This document shows, one piece after another, positions 21,001-29,209 of a stretch of DNA of 64,000 nucleotides. Each line of letters starts with the position of its first letter. Position 1 is the first letter of the stretch. The position numbers and the translations under genes were made by a program. The notes under the pieces were generated by a model that was given only the letters and a program-made list of their open reading frames with translations, was not told the origin of the DNA and did not search any database. The stretch covers positions 1,151,431-1,215,430 of the forward strand of contig OY760935.1 in assembly GCA_963664295.1 (NCBI GenBank), read 5' to 3'. The stretch is from Candidatus Altimarinota bacterium (GTDB lineage Bacteria; Patescibacteriota; Gracilibacteria; CAIRYL01; GCA-016699755).

Positions 21001-24000
21001 TTCCGCTATTACTATCAAATATTTTTAGCCTTAATGGTTGTGCAGAATAAACAATTGGTTTTATCCACAATTCTTCGTCAAAAAGTTCTATTTCACCTTT
21101 TGAAGATATTTTTGCCCTAGCAAATGGAGCAATATTTGGCACAATTTGGGTCAATACTGCCTGACTTGCTCCTGAATATAAAAATTCATCTGCAACAGTG
21201 TCTTCTGTGGTGCTTATTTTTCCTGCTTCTGCGCCAAAAATACTTGCAAGAATGGTGTTTGGATTTTCTATTCTAAATTCGTTTTTATAAGTTCTACTGC
21301 CAATATCCATTTCTTTTAAGGCAGGTGGAAATCCTTCTGCTTCTGCAAAAATTCTTAATACTCCTGCTTTGCGACCTGTTTTGAGAGTCACTTTTCCTGT
21401 GCCATCAACTTCAATTTGGCTATCATCCGCAGTTGAACCATTTGTATAGTCAACTGTAAAGACAGGAAGTTCTATGTTTGGCACATTTAATTGATTACCT
21501 TGTTGGTCAAATAATTTAATATAAAAATTTGTTTCTTCTGATGTGCCCATTGAGTCAGGTTCATCAACAAAACCAATTGAATATGGTTCATTATCACTTT
21601 CTCCGCTAACATTAATTTGTGCTGGTTGCAAACAAGCTCCTGTTAGGCTGGCCTCAGTATTTTCGCCAAAATAAATAGTAGTTCCAAATTCGGCCTCACC
21701 GTCAAGAATAATATTGTTTGGTGAAACCATAGCAATGAGACTATCAGCCACAGAAGAATAAAGAGTAGTTGAATAATCTTCTATTTTATTGTCGTTTTCA
21801 TCAACAACATAAGTGTTGTAAATATCAGCACGCATTCCGCTTCTATATTCTCGAATACCTGTTTCATCAATTTTTATAGCTAGGTTATCTTGCGCATTAA
21901 GATTATTTGATGAATTGCCAAAATCATCAGTGCTAACAAAAACCTCAATAGAGCCAGCAGAATTTATTTGTAAATTAATAGTTGCTTTTCCTTGAATAGT
22001 GTTTATTTGTATTCCTTCTTTTTCTGTGTTGGTGTCTTCATTTAATATTTGTGCTCCGCCGTTTACACTAATTGTTAATTCTGCCATTGTGTAAACTAAT
22101 TCACCATCGCTATTATATAAACTAGCAAAAACATTAGTTGGACAACCAACAGGCACTATTTCATTTTCAGGCACTAAGGTAATTGAGCAATTGCCATTAC
22201 AAATTGCATCATTATTTTGATTATTTTCATCAAATAGTTCAGAAAGTTCTTCATTTTCGTCTTCAATTCCCAAAATAGATTCCCACATATCCCAATTATC
22301 AGTACTACAGCCTGCGTCAAAAGTGACAATGCCCTTGCTCATTAAATCGTTTAACCAACAACTAAAAGCAGAAGGCCATTCCCAAATATCAACTCCCTCA
22401 ATAGGTCCACATTTTTCATCAATATCATTTTCATAATAATCAACGTCAAAATTATTTTGATAATTTGAATTTAAGTAGTTTGCTTGTTTTGTTTGATAAT
22501 AATCCCACTCAGCATCAATTAAGCTGTCTTTATTTTCTGCTCCGTCCCACTGTAGATATTGGTCGTCACCATTGGCATTGATAAACGCAAAGCTATAAGG
22601 AGCTGATTTTTTATCTGGAAAAGTTTTATTTTGCGATAAAAATCCTTCCATTACTGCTTCATGTTTTTCGTCCACATTGAGATTGTGCCATTTGAGCATT
22701 TCTGTAAAAAATTCGGAGCCAAAAGTTTCGAATTCGCTCACAAGAAAATTTTGACTAGGTAGTTTAACTGTGGTGAAGGTAATTAATTTTGGCGTTAGAG
22801 GGGTACAATTATTAAAATCAATATTATTGTTTAATAAATTATAATTAAAGCCTTCAACAAATTGCCAAACAGTTAAAAAATAAGAAGGAAAATAAGCTGT
22901 GACACTTCCTCCGCCATTTTGATAAAAATTTTCAAAACCAGGACCAGAATAAGAATGATATTTAGATTTTAATATTTGATTTATATCGCTCGTTCTTTGA
23001 TTGTTTGGGTTTTGTAAATGAAGAGCCCAAGCTTCGCCATCATTTTTTGCTTCTGGAAAGGCTAGGCGCAAATAATCTGTTGCCTCGTTAACAAATTGAT
23101 TAAAAGTTGCATCATAATCTTGATAATCAAAATAATAATTTTCATTTTCTATAATCCAGTTAAAGTTTTGATAATTTGGTGTTCCATAAAGCTGAGATCC
23201 AGCAAAACCAAAATTGAAACCGAGTCCAAATTCATCATCCTCATCTATATTACAATTATAATTAAAGACAATATTTTGAGCAGAATTACTTGCTTTGATG
23301 TAATTATTAAACATTATTAAGTTTTCACGTATTATTTTTGTGTTTATTTCATTTTCTTTATTAGTAAGCTCTTCTTTAAATTTTGTTTCTATTTCTTCAA
23401 CAGTGGGAGTTTGTTCACTTGCTTCAATAATAGAAAAAATATCCGGAAAAGTGACCTGAGTTAATTCGTTTAAATGATTTTGAAAACTGACATAGCGCTT
23501 GCTATCTGAAGGGATTTTTTGAGCAATACCATAAGGAGCAGCGAATTGTGCTGTGATGGTTTCTGGTCTTGGCTCATTATGAACAACGGTTGTGTCTAGT
23601 GTTTTATAAGAAACATTAGATGTGGTGCAAACTAGGTTATACCACTGATTTAGAGTTTCATATTCAGGCATCAAATTACCTTGGGCACAATTTTGATAAG
23701 AATGATCACCGGCATCAGTTTCAATACTGCCCCAATAATTAAAAACAGGATCAGTGGCTGATTGAGGTTGGCAATTGCTCGGGTTAAAGTAATTGTTAAT
23801 ACAACAACCACCATATTGTGGACAATATGGTGATCCACCAACATACATACTACTTGAGCTATACATGCGGTTCATTTGTACTTGTTGTGAATTGGGATGA
23901 TTTGCTGACGGCGCACTTCCGCGATAAAGAGAGCACTCTTCTGCGCTATTCATATCACCTATTCTTTTTCCATTAACAAAATAATATTTAACCATGTGAT

Positions 24001-25396
24001 AATTGCCTGTGCAGTTGTCTTCATCATCACCGCCAAAAGGGTCAAAAATAAAACGCAAACGACAGCAATTGTAGTCAACTTGGCTAATATAGGTTTTTGG
24101 TTTTTGCCAAGAATGAGCTAGTTCAACAATTTTATCTTCTAAATGTAAATTTACATTTTTTAAATATTCTTGAGTAAAAACATCAGTTTTTGTTATTAAA
24201 AAAGGCACTGTATCTGCTTGATTATCTTCCCAGCGACCACTGTTTTCTATTTTTTCTAAAGACTCAGAAGTAAAACTATCTACTACATGAATATATTCAG
24301 ACCAAATATCCTCAATTTTGTCTTTGGTTGTAAAATCTGGAAAAGAAAGCATGTCTAAATCACCATCTAAAATAGGTGAATTTGCTGGATCTTCATCAGT
24401 CATGCCATCACCATCATTATCTATTTCATCAATACCATCTTCATCTATTTGTCCATCACCATCATTATCAACCCCTTGAAAACTATCACCAGTATCTTCA
24501 TCTATTTGCCCATCACCATCATTATCAATTCCGTCCAAAGGATCTTCATCATAAAGCCCATCATTGTCATCATCAACTCCAACAGAACCATATATTTTAT
24601 CCATTGCCGATGACATAGCATCATTTAGAAGGCGGGCATTGTAGCGTAAAAAAGCAAAATCAGCCCGATGCTCACTAAGTTTCTGATAATTTTCCAGTTT
24701 TTGTGGATTTATTCTTTCTGCCTCATTGATAAGGTCAGCATAAAAAACAGCATCATTATATTTATTAGGATCATTATTTGTTCTGTAGCTATGATTTTTG
24801 TCCAAAAAGTCAGCTATTTTTTGTTTTTTTTCTTCCTCTGTGCCTTTAGGGCGAATAAGTCCATGCCAAATTTCTGACTCTGGTTCACTATTTATTTTTA
24901 CAAAAGTATCACTTTCTTTGTAATAAGTATAAGAAGCATTTTTAAAATCAGTGTATGGAAAAACACTCGAGTAGTTTATTGATTCAGTTTCAATAATAGG
25001 CAGTGGCACATCGCCAATTAAAATAACCCCTGAAAGTTGATTGATGCCATTAGTTGTTTTTTCTCCTTCTAAATAAAGCTTTTCTAAAACAGAATAAATA
25101 TTTTGAGTATTTTCTTGGTCAGAAACTGGCAAAATTAAAGCTTTTGTATTTTCTAAATCATTTTGAACATCACGGGAATAACGGTAGATTTTACCAGATA
25201 AAGTGCTGAGATCGTTGATTTCTCCTGCATTCCAAAGAGATTTTTCAACAAAAATAACCGCAATATCATAATTGATTTCTTCTGCAGAACTTAGAAGTGG
25301 TTTATACGAAAAAAGCCAGGGAGCAACTATAGTAATTGCCAAAAAAGCAGTGAATATTTTTTTAAGCCTTAGGATAGTCTTTTCCCATTTTTTCAT
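12095..25396 (-). CDS. Giant 4433 aa secreted surface protein with Ca-binding DxDxDG repeats, FG-GAP/VCBS-like repeats, Ig-like segments, Pro-rich/helical core, three SLH domains, TSP3-like repeats and G/D/N tail
   Basis: N-terminal signal/TM; GIDNDGDGQIDED repeats; DFNGDNKKDLLI and DFDNDSFVDFL; LPDLP run; PFSDI..GFADNTFRANDKITRAEF (SLH); DSDGDGMPDYWE repeats. Confidence 0.9.
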   Translation of the reverse strand: MKKWEKTILRLKKIFTAFLAITIVAPWLFSYKPLLSSAEEINYDIAVIFVEKSLWNAGEINDLSTLSGKIYRYSRDVQNDLENTKALILPVSDQENTQNIYSVLEKLYLEGEKTTNGINQLSGVILIGDVPLPIIETESINYSSVFPYTDFKNASYTYYKESDTFVKINSEPESEIWHGLIRPKGTEEEKKQKIADFLDKNHSYRTNNDPNKYNDAVFYADLINEAERINPQKLENYQKLSEHRADFAFLRYNARLLNDAMSSAMDKIYGSVGVDDDNDGLYDEDPLDGIDNDGDGQIDEDTGDSFQGVDNDGDGQIDEDGIDEIDNDGDGMTDEDPANSPILDGDLDMLSFPDFTTKDKIEDIWSEYIHVVDSFTSESLEKIENSGRWEDNQADTVPFLITKTDVFTQEYLKNVNLHLEDKIVELAHSWQKPKTYISQVDYNCCRLRFIFDPFGGDDEDNCTGNYHMVKYYFVNGKRIGDMNSAEECSLYRGSAPSANHPNSQQVQMNRMYSSSSMYVGGSPYCPQYGGCCINNYFNPSNCQPQSATDPVFNYWGSIETDAGDHSYQNCAQGNLMPEYETLNQWYNLVCTTSNVSYKTLDTTVVHNEPRPETITAQFAAPYGIAQKIPSDSKRYVSFQNHLNELTQVTFPDIFSIIEASEQTPTVEEIETKFKEELTNKENEINTKIIRENLIMFNNYIKASNSAQNIVFNYNCNIDEDDEFGLGFNFGFAGSQLYGTPNYQNFNWIIENENYYFDYQDYDATFNQFVNEATDYLRLAFPEAKNDGEAWALHLQNPNNQRTSDINQILKSKYHSYSGPGFENFYQNGGGSVTAYFPSYFLTVWQFVEGFNYNLLNNNIDFNNCTPLTPKLITFTTVKLPSQNFLVSEFETFGSEFFTEMLKWHNLNVDEKHEAVMEGFLSQNKTFPDKKSAPYSFAFINANGDDQYLQWDGAENKDSLIDAEWDYYQTKQANYLNSNYQNNFDVDYYENDIDEKCGPIEGVDIWEWPSAFSCWLNDLMSKGIVTFDAGCSTDNWDMWESILGIEDENEELSELFDENNQNNDAICNGNCSITLVPENEIVPVGCPTNVFASLYNSDGELVYTMAELTISVNGGAQILNEDTNTEKEGIQINTIQGKATINLQINSAGSIEVFVSTDDFGNSSNNLNAQDNLAIKIDETGIREYRSGMRADIYNTYVVDENDNKIEDYSTTLYSSVADSLIAMVSPNNIILDGEAEFGTTIYFGENTEASLTGACLQPAQINVSGESDNEPYSIGFVDEPDSMGTSEETNFYIKLFDQQGNQLNVPNIELPVFTVDYTNGSTADDSQIEVDGTGKVTLKTGRKAGVLRIFAEAEGFPPALKEMDIGSRTYKNEFRIENPNTILASIFGAEAGKISTTEDTVADEFLYSGASQAVLTQIVPNIAPFARAKISSKGEIELFDEELWIKPIVYSAQPLRLKIFDSNSGKTLSELSLFLDNNADLSANYVETFNNGIAFDNFDQSGTVSALVENDLLTIKFEEADVLTINKDGHFNFYDNRFALNYEENGLFSLIYDQDLIVGQIHIKNYEFRTIEIDNDSVLENFIEGSEKGYIIISEDEVSLLKNEYNFGWENENKFALLLAGGENLGQASKSINKPATIVLGDPTLSLEKPSAKIEGFNKTIGEEIFSDENFYIKDLDLVDFNGDNKKDLLISSENGEQRVIDGNNLKNLGDITAYPYEPNYSDVIPSENRHDDVIAGFENNKTISFENNNEVITKTELENMGPFKKVLIKDFDNDSFVDFLAFTNKNELIIYWGAESGFEENYDLIQSFAVSLNENNSNEKIYISYEGVENIGTNENSFYLPITKEEEYANNEDAMLAYTEAQNPNANQDEIMQQTAIMLSLQDELGANFDQYTNINTEKKLFVSITDNSDFIETSRQILDSNGDNLEDGDVIENYIEFKNNSGQDQIIYIADQIQPEMSILEHTITCENCGENYFINTPDYLNSYLRFNEITAKNGELVQISYQSLYQDNLNINIEGAYLSSNDYPLDDKLDIFINFPNASLPALNIFNADNRNFVIKEVADNPTELPENLTSNYYTDADGNGIPDVFEADVNQDGMPDYVEPTISQNTTDSDNDGIPDSWDNYVNTDDDHADGKIGFLLPQDVEDFLAEQNMQLDSAIKLLEGLTCRGNACLPIPINYAFLVPGPIGSCMPNGLAAKVGFTANAVPVIGMALQQPFCEPAPCSGSSCFPYGGACAGIWRLYLSPTLTGAMGIVFCQGYDWTVGKCIMTATSIPGTSSLCDKINNAVSSIGSGASGFASSLGGKSVFNIDGYEGTLQKVTPSNADYKLNFDLGTFSFDLENISNRRIFAIPEFFDRWLTEQWYEVRAMLTLPNLTFYLPDISKIFSLKSIDELSDDEKNFFGSTFDSDIDLSDKKISSYYGDKIKNTTGEIKTLTESKTGKSADETKEINKKIQKLEEKKQKYQERQEKAQNLEDKIANSKVAQATSGAIDKIDDIWTFLNRVPFIEIKREVIELKVPYLTQREIRAILEDFELWKRDLKNECNRVDWLECDDDGVHLALKCAEGTPEKECNAMMAIGQRITVDLNSLLKSIDQNIEILKSYFNLAEILAGWDAQLARYLDTVMCYIDKIIDLLGGWLYRNKIRLEKWIELIQTIKEIFKSIQKIFDIIHDFNTQCDVCMNEQCSLNFDIWQILMSLIPTPPVIKLPRLPDITIDLSQIKVRLEVQIPKLRLVPERVKFPKLPRLSLPDLPNININLPGLPLLPELPDLPDLPELPDIPLPDLPDLPPPPKLPDIFSTLASILETIDKMLWIWCLLMKYYNGIYPEFSIKGFVEGATLRGKGLMPFDFFRIDIPDIDMTAFKEVRVTVKVNLEMEFDQIVEYVREKVRPWNDAVTDLTNEAEKKARKFTKDIKAIWDYYMSKTEEFEKDYNIDLGDIEMGEDGETFEDWLDKREEEIDFTSQNQTENNSQQAEALITAFQAESKNLNFLINKINSGNYELKDVSEIHRELGLKPIKLKNKPDSIAKLEQMKTLIAKEKNILEEESKTLIATNNIEIAFEENPDTMFTAELEKIMTNNNSNDAWQNLIADNTPTLLDAGDGQNQNNQACAISDNTAATGIYRQGVFIINSQTGTGEKLMNYSEEADDIKKMIFIDVDDDSDEDFIYALDNNIYLKKNQETNNAKSIFPFDPQIGVFEDLIPYRPALKNFDASNYANEVSLSWFDGFEEDLLGMQISIKNTVSGFNKDNSTENREVLLLAEDLIPENITQNEWIDDLNEIQIGNHTIEADKFYISTLKNNRLALPLEEGFYHARIRQIFNDDFSTYSEQKLLAPLKENDEDPPIYSGETVFNVPLLRETELNLIGVFDFESEVNITWPDGQTGETAIVGPYIEPGDYPINITIADQSGNETEQEIIIRVYTPDISLDGDIQNRIAKGEINPETENMPFVLMRKRWDEYKLIQTPSANENGRYFSDEFSEYYIDDFNLSPDAVVKDSLGEIVAIISGENGRIKLEKENYKLKAFSATENLPTRIGLIEEITAYTIANVYYVADTNSDVKLETSPMTTEKAKNASGVILFDTNQSDKFITGGVPADAKNIPGGMVIYNNETNELITAISAKGSIIFLDENNLDLRIKETTSPEEPVVFQIIYQGQAIFEVYIHTIFEDIYINQKQYIINENTAETAFFDTKKHQSLFGASEEIKKELPFSDIDKAHPAYEAILDLYNRNILSGFADNTFRANDKITRAEFVKIALGATTCLDCTTPSEKELERYSEKNPFPDVSENDWYHFCVVKAKNFKMVMGFGDGYFQPSWNISRAEAVAIILRQAGISLETEAKHLIIDVNDDAWYKDYIITADNLGIISNKSGFTFPDEEISRGEFAMMAKKVLDIKDCRITDSDFDGLPDYWEIKYGLNEFDPQDASMDFDFSGADNLAEFRNNTDPNNSNDDNSQDSDGDGMPDYWEDKYGLNKYNPSDANEDTDGGGANNLYEYQYKTDPLGSNDDNLWDSDYDGMPDYWENSNNLDKYNPNDADYDSDNDGFNSLTEYQNKTNPQQSDNIDSDGDGMPDYWEDKYGLNKYDPSDANEDTDGGGLINLEEYKQGKNPLNSSDDGDDGDDDGGDNEDNNMQDSDGDGMPDYWEDKYGLNKYDPSDANEDTDGGGLINLEEYKQGKNPLNSSDDGDDNGGDDGDDNGGDDGDDGDDNGGDNGDDGDNGDDGDDNGGDDDGDDGDNGDDGDNGDDGDNGDDGDDNGGDNGDDGDDNGGDDGGDNGDDGDDNGGDDGGDNGDDGDDNGGDNGDDGDDNGGDNGDDGDDNDGDNGDDGDDNDGDNGDDGDDGDNNGGDDDGDDDGGDNGDDGDDGDCPELPNNQCPDVIDPLDNPENNLDNTPGTHITHGNIELCAFLDYLADIYKGDYIFSAIISEDNLKIFSKSTTYLITE
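12330..12870 (-). repeat. Low-complexity tandem repeat encoding a Gly/Asp/Asn tract (GDDGDDNGGDN-like units)
   Basis: Imperfect iterations of catcaccgttatccccaccattatcatcgccat on the plus strand. Confidence 0.95.
12859..13552 (-). repeat. Near-identical intragenic direct repeats encoding DSDGDGMPDYWEDKYGLNKYDPSDANEDTDGGG units
   Basis: 12859-13021 and 13066-13228 read as identical (period 207 nt). Partial third copy at about 13451-13552 with one visible mismatch. Confidence 0.9.
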
Positions 25397-25492
25397 TTCA
25401 AGCTATATTTTGCCAAAAAAACCCTTTAAAAAAAAGCTAAAAGCCTTGAATTTTTCTACTAAAACAGGGAAAATCCAAGGGCGTAAAAAAAT

Positions 25493-27646
25493 ATGAGCAT
25501 AAATTCGTCAGAGGATCGATTAAATCAACAAGAACGCGTTGATGATCCAAAAAAATTACAGGCAGAGCAAGAAAAAAAAGAGTTTAATACAGAAACCCAA
25601 AGGGTTATGGATGAACTTGAAAAAGAAAAAGAAGGTTTTTTGGATTTATTTAAAGGAGACACCGCAGAAGATCAGCAAAAAGCAAAAGAATGGTATGAAA
25701 AAAGAGCAACAGATCCTATAAAAGCATTTAAGCTTAAGCAAGATTTGGCTGTTTGGAAAGGTGCAAAAACACAAGCTAATGAAGTAGTAAAAAAAACAGA
25801 AGGGCTGAGTGTAGCAGAAGATAAAATAAAAGAAATTTGGGACGATAAAGACACAAAACCAGCAGAAAAAACCAAACAATTTGATGCATTATACAAAGCA
25901 TCAGAAACACACAAAAAAGCCGAAACAGCAATTACAAGGGCAAAATTAGCACCAAAAAGAAAAGCATTATTAAAAAAACAATTAGCAGATTTATGGGAAA
26001 CAGAAGACGCACCAGACATAGAACAAGCAATTAATGACGAGATTTTTGGAGCATTAGATGAACATAAAGACACAGGTGAAAAAGTAATTGAACAAAGAGC
26101 AGATTTAAATAAAAAACTAGAAGAATCACAAGTTGGCGGTGTTGGATTATTTTCAAAAGCAGAAATAAAAGCACAGAAAAAAGATTGGTCAAAAAAAATA
26201 TTTAAACCTTTTTATACTGGCAAGCCAGATTTTATTGCGGATGAAAAATTGGTTTTTAAAATGATGAAGGAGGCAGAAAAAAATCTTGCCAAAGAAATTA
26301 CAGAGCGTAAAAAAATAACCAGTGAATTTGTTGATGTGCGTAAGGTTTTTAGTGGACTACAAGATAAAAAAGCTGACAGAAGCAAGGGTCCAAAATTTGG
26401 CAACTTGATAAGTCCAAAAAAATGGGAAAAGTCTAGCAAAAGAGAAAAAGAGGAAACATTGCAAGATATTGTGAAAACTGCACAAGATTTTCAGTTTCAA
26501 AGTCCATATGGCGCAAAGAGGTCTGTCACCGCAGGTAGAGCAGGTAAGGCTTTTAAGGAGTCCATGTCTCTTAGTAGATGGCAAGAAAAAGAGGAGACAA
26601 AATTCACAAAAAAAGAAATGCCTAAACTAGAAACACAAGGCTTGGTAATTCAAGACTGGAGTGAAGCTCATGTTTATTTTTCAAAAGGCATAGAAAGGTT
26701 AGAAGGATTTATTGCTTCTGATATGCCAATTGTGCAGACAGAAATTGCAAAATGGAAAGAACATCGCTTAACTTGCGAAAGAGAAATGATGGCAGATGTA
26801 AACACATTAGAACAAAGAGATGAATACACAGATCAAGAAAAAGCCAAGATAGATTTATGGCAAAAAAATAGCGACTCATTAAAAGGTAAAAACGACATAC
26901 TTGCACAAAAAGTAAAAAATTTAGCCATAAAAATTGGCTTAATAGATCAAGAAGAACAAGAAATAGAAGCACAAAAACAAGCGGAAGGAGAAAAAGATAT
27001 AATAGAAACAATTCAAGATGCAGGTGCAGAAACCGAACTTTTAACTTTAGCCGCATTAAATAAGGAAAAAGAAGGTAAACAAAAAAAGGACCAAGAAGCT
27101 GGCACTAGGGGTAATAATGTTTTTGAGGAAACAAGAAAAAATGAAATTAAATCAACACTCGAAGGTGAGTTTGGCTCTCTCTCAAAAAGGCAAGAAAATT
27201 ATGTCAAAAATCCTGATGATTATAATGTTAGAAAAAGAGATCAAGAATGGGTAGATGAAGCAGAGGAGGTTGATAGTGCGTTTAATGACCTAGAAACAGG
27301 AACAGGAATAGTAGCAGAAACAAAAGACACAGTAGTTGTTGATCTTGCAAAAAATAAAGTAGGAGCAGGTTTAGCAAAAACAGAAAAAAATAACTTTAAA
27401 AGAAGACTAGAAAGAGGAGATGATATTAGTATTACAGATAGTCGTTCCCCAGCTGTAAGTCGTGAAAACAAGAAAGCACAATTAGAGCAAAGTATCATGC
27501 AAAAAATGGAAATGGCAGGACAAGAAGAGTTGCCACCTGCAATTGTTTCTGGGCAAGACGATAATCGCAAAAAATTATCTACACTTTTTCAACAATTTGA
27601 AAGTAGCAATGTGGCTCGTAGAGAATCTGTGCGTAAAATTAAATAA
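25493..27646 (+). CDS. Large charged helical/coiled-coil orphan protein
   Basis: 717 aa uninterrupted ORF, E/K/Q-rich, no signal peptide or recognisable motif. Confidence 0.85.
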   Translation: MSINSSEDRLNQQERVDDPKKLQAEQEKKEFNTETQRVMDELEKEKEGFLDLFKGDTAEDQQKAKEWYEKRATDPIKAFKLKQDLAVWKGAKTQANEVVKKTEGLSVAEDKIKEIWDDKDTKPAEKTKQFDALYKASETHKKAETAITRAKLAPKRKALLKKQLADLWETEDAPDIEQAINDEIFGALDEHKDTGEKVIEQRADLNKKLEESQVGGVGLFSKAEIKAQKKDWSKKIFKPFYTGKPDFIADEKLVFKMMKEAEKNLAKEITERKKITSEFVDVRKVFSGLQDKKADRSKGPKFGNLISPKKWEKSSKREKEETLQDIVKTAQDFQFQSPYGAKRSVTAGRAGKAFKESMSLSRWQEKEETKFTKKEMPKLETQGLVIQDWSEAHVYFSKGIERLEGFIASDMPIVQTEIAKWKEHRLTCEREMMADVNTLEQRDEYTDQEKAKIDLWQKNSDSLKGKNDILAQKVKNLAIKIGLIDQEEQEIEAQKQAEGEKDIIETIQDAGAETELLTLAALNKEKEGKQKKDQEAGTRGNNVFEETRKNEIKSTLEGEFGSLSKRQENYVKNPDDYNVRKRDQEWVDEAEEVDSAFNDLETGTGIVAETKDTVVVDLAKNKVGAGLAKTEKNNFKRRLERGDDISITDSRSPAVSRENKKAQLEQSIMQKMEMAGQEELPPAIVSGQDDNRKKLSTLFQQFESSNVARRESVRKIK

Positions 27647-27660
27647 ATTATTAAATAATT

Positions 27661-29172
27661 ATGGATAAAGTAAAAATTTTTGACACAACACTTCGTGATG
27701 GCGAACAAGCGCCAGGAGCAAGCTTAAACACAGAAGAAAAAATAAGAATAGCTAGAAATCTGGATAATCTGGGGGTTGATATTATTGAAGCTGGTTTTGC
27801 TGCTTCCTCTCCTGATGATTCCAATGCGATTTTAGAAATTGGTAAAGTTGTAAAAAAGGCACAAGTTTGTTCACTTGCTCGGGCAGTGGAAAGGGACATA
27901 AAATTAGCTGGAGAAGCCTTAAAAAAATCAAAAAATCCTCGACTTCATACTTTTATTTCTACTAGTGAAATTCATATGAAGTATCAAATTAAAAAAACTG
28001 AACAAGAAGTCATAGATATAACTGCCAAATCTGTTGCTTTGGCTCGCAATTATTGTGATGATGTGGAGTTTTCTGCCATGGACGCAACTCGTAGTGAAAT
28101 GGATTTTTTGTTAAAAGTTTTTGAAACAGCAGTAAAAAATGGCGCAAAAACATTAAATATTGCAGATACAGTAGGCTACATGCTTCCTTGGGTTTTTGCT
28201 GATTTTGTTAAAAAAGTAGTTGATCATTTTAAAGACACAGATGTGGTTATATCTGTGCATTGTCATGATGATCTTGGTTTGGCTAGTGCAAATTCATTAT
28301 CAGCAGTGACAGCAGGTGCAAGACAAATTGAATGTGCTGTAAATGGATTAGGAGAAAGAGCAGGAAATACTCCTCTTGAAGAAGTTGTTATGGCAATGAA
28401 AACTCGCAAAGACATTTTTGGGATTGATACTAATATAAATACAAAAAAATTAGTAAAAACTTCAAAGCTGGTATCAAACTTAACTGGCTTTCCTGTCCCT
28501 CCAAATAAAGCAATTGTTGGCAGAAATGCTTTTGCACATGAGGCAGGTATCCACCAAGATGGTATTTTAAAGCACAGAGAAACTTATGAAATAATGTCTG
28601 CCGAAGATGTGGGCTGGCAAACAAATACACTTGTTTTGGGTAAACATTCTGGTAGAGCCGCATTAAAAGATCGCTATAAAGACCTTGGTTTCGAGCTTAA
28701 CGAAGAAGAAATTGTAAAAATTTTTCAAAGATTTAAAGACCTCGCAGACCGCAAAAAAGAAATTTATGATGAAGACTTAGAAGCAATTTTAGAAGACGAA
28801 AGAGGAAAAATTGGACAAAAATATGAACTTGATTTACTACAAGTATCCACAGGAAACAAAATGATCCCAACTGCCACAATTCGTTTAATGGAAAATGGAG
28901 AAAAAGAGTTAATTGGTGTAGCAAATGGTACGGGTCCAGTTGATGCGCTCTGCAATGCTATTAGTAAAATTACTGGTGAAAAAAATCGTTTAACAGAGTT
29001 TTCTGTCAAAGCTGTCACTGCTGGTATTGACGCAGTGGCAGAGGTGACCATAAAAATTGAAAAAGAAGGCAGAACATATACAGGATATGGTGCAGCGGAA
29101 GATATTGTTTTTGCTAGCGCAAAAGCCTATCTCAATGCGCTTAATCGTAGTATTCGTCAAAGAAAAAAATAA
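27661..29172 (+). CDS. leuA: 2-isopropylmalate synthase
   Basis: IFDTTLRDGEQAPG, HCHDDLG, NGLGERAGN, FAHEAGIHQDG, LGKHSGR, regulatory domain with GPVDA. Confidence 0.95.
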   Translation: MDKVKIFDTTLRDGEQAPGASLNTEEKIRIARNLDNLGVDIIEAGFAASSPDDSNAILEIGKVVKKAQVCSLARAVERDIKLAGEALKKSKNPRLHTFISTSEIHMKYQIKKTEQEVIDITAKSVALARNYCDDVEFSAMDATRSEMDFLLKVFETAVKNGAKTLNIADTVGYMLPWVFADFVKKVVDHFKDTDVVISVHCHDDLGLASANSLSAVTAGARQIECAVNGLGERAGNTPLEEVVMAMKTRKDIFGIDTNINTKKLVKTSKLVSNLTGFPVPPNKAIVGRNAFAHEAGIHQDGILKHRETYEIMSAEDVGWQTNTLVLGKHSGRAALKDRYKDLGFELNEEEIVKIFQRFKDLADRKKEIYDEDLEAILEDERGKIGQKYELDLLQVSTGNKMIPTATIRLMENGEKELIGVANGTGPVDALCNAISKITGEKNRLTEFSVKAVTAGIDAVAEVTIKIEKEGRTYTGYGAAEDIVFASAKAYLNALNRSIRQRKK

Positions 29173-29209
29173 AACTTGTTTAATTTAACTAAAGTGCCAC
29201 AATATAAAG

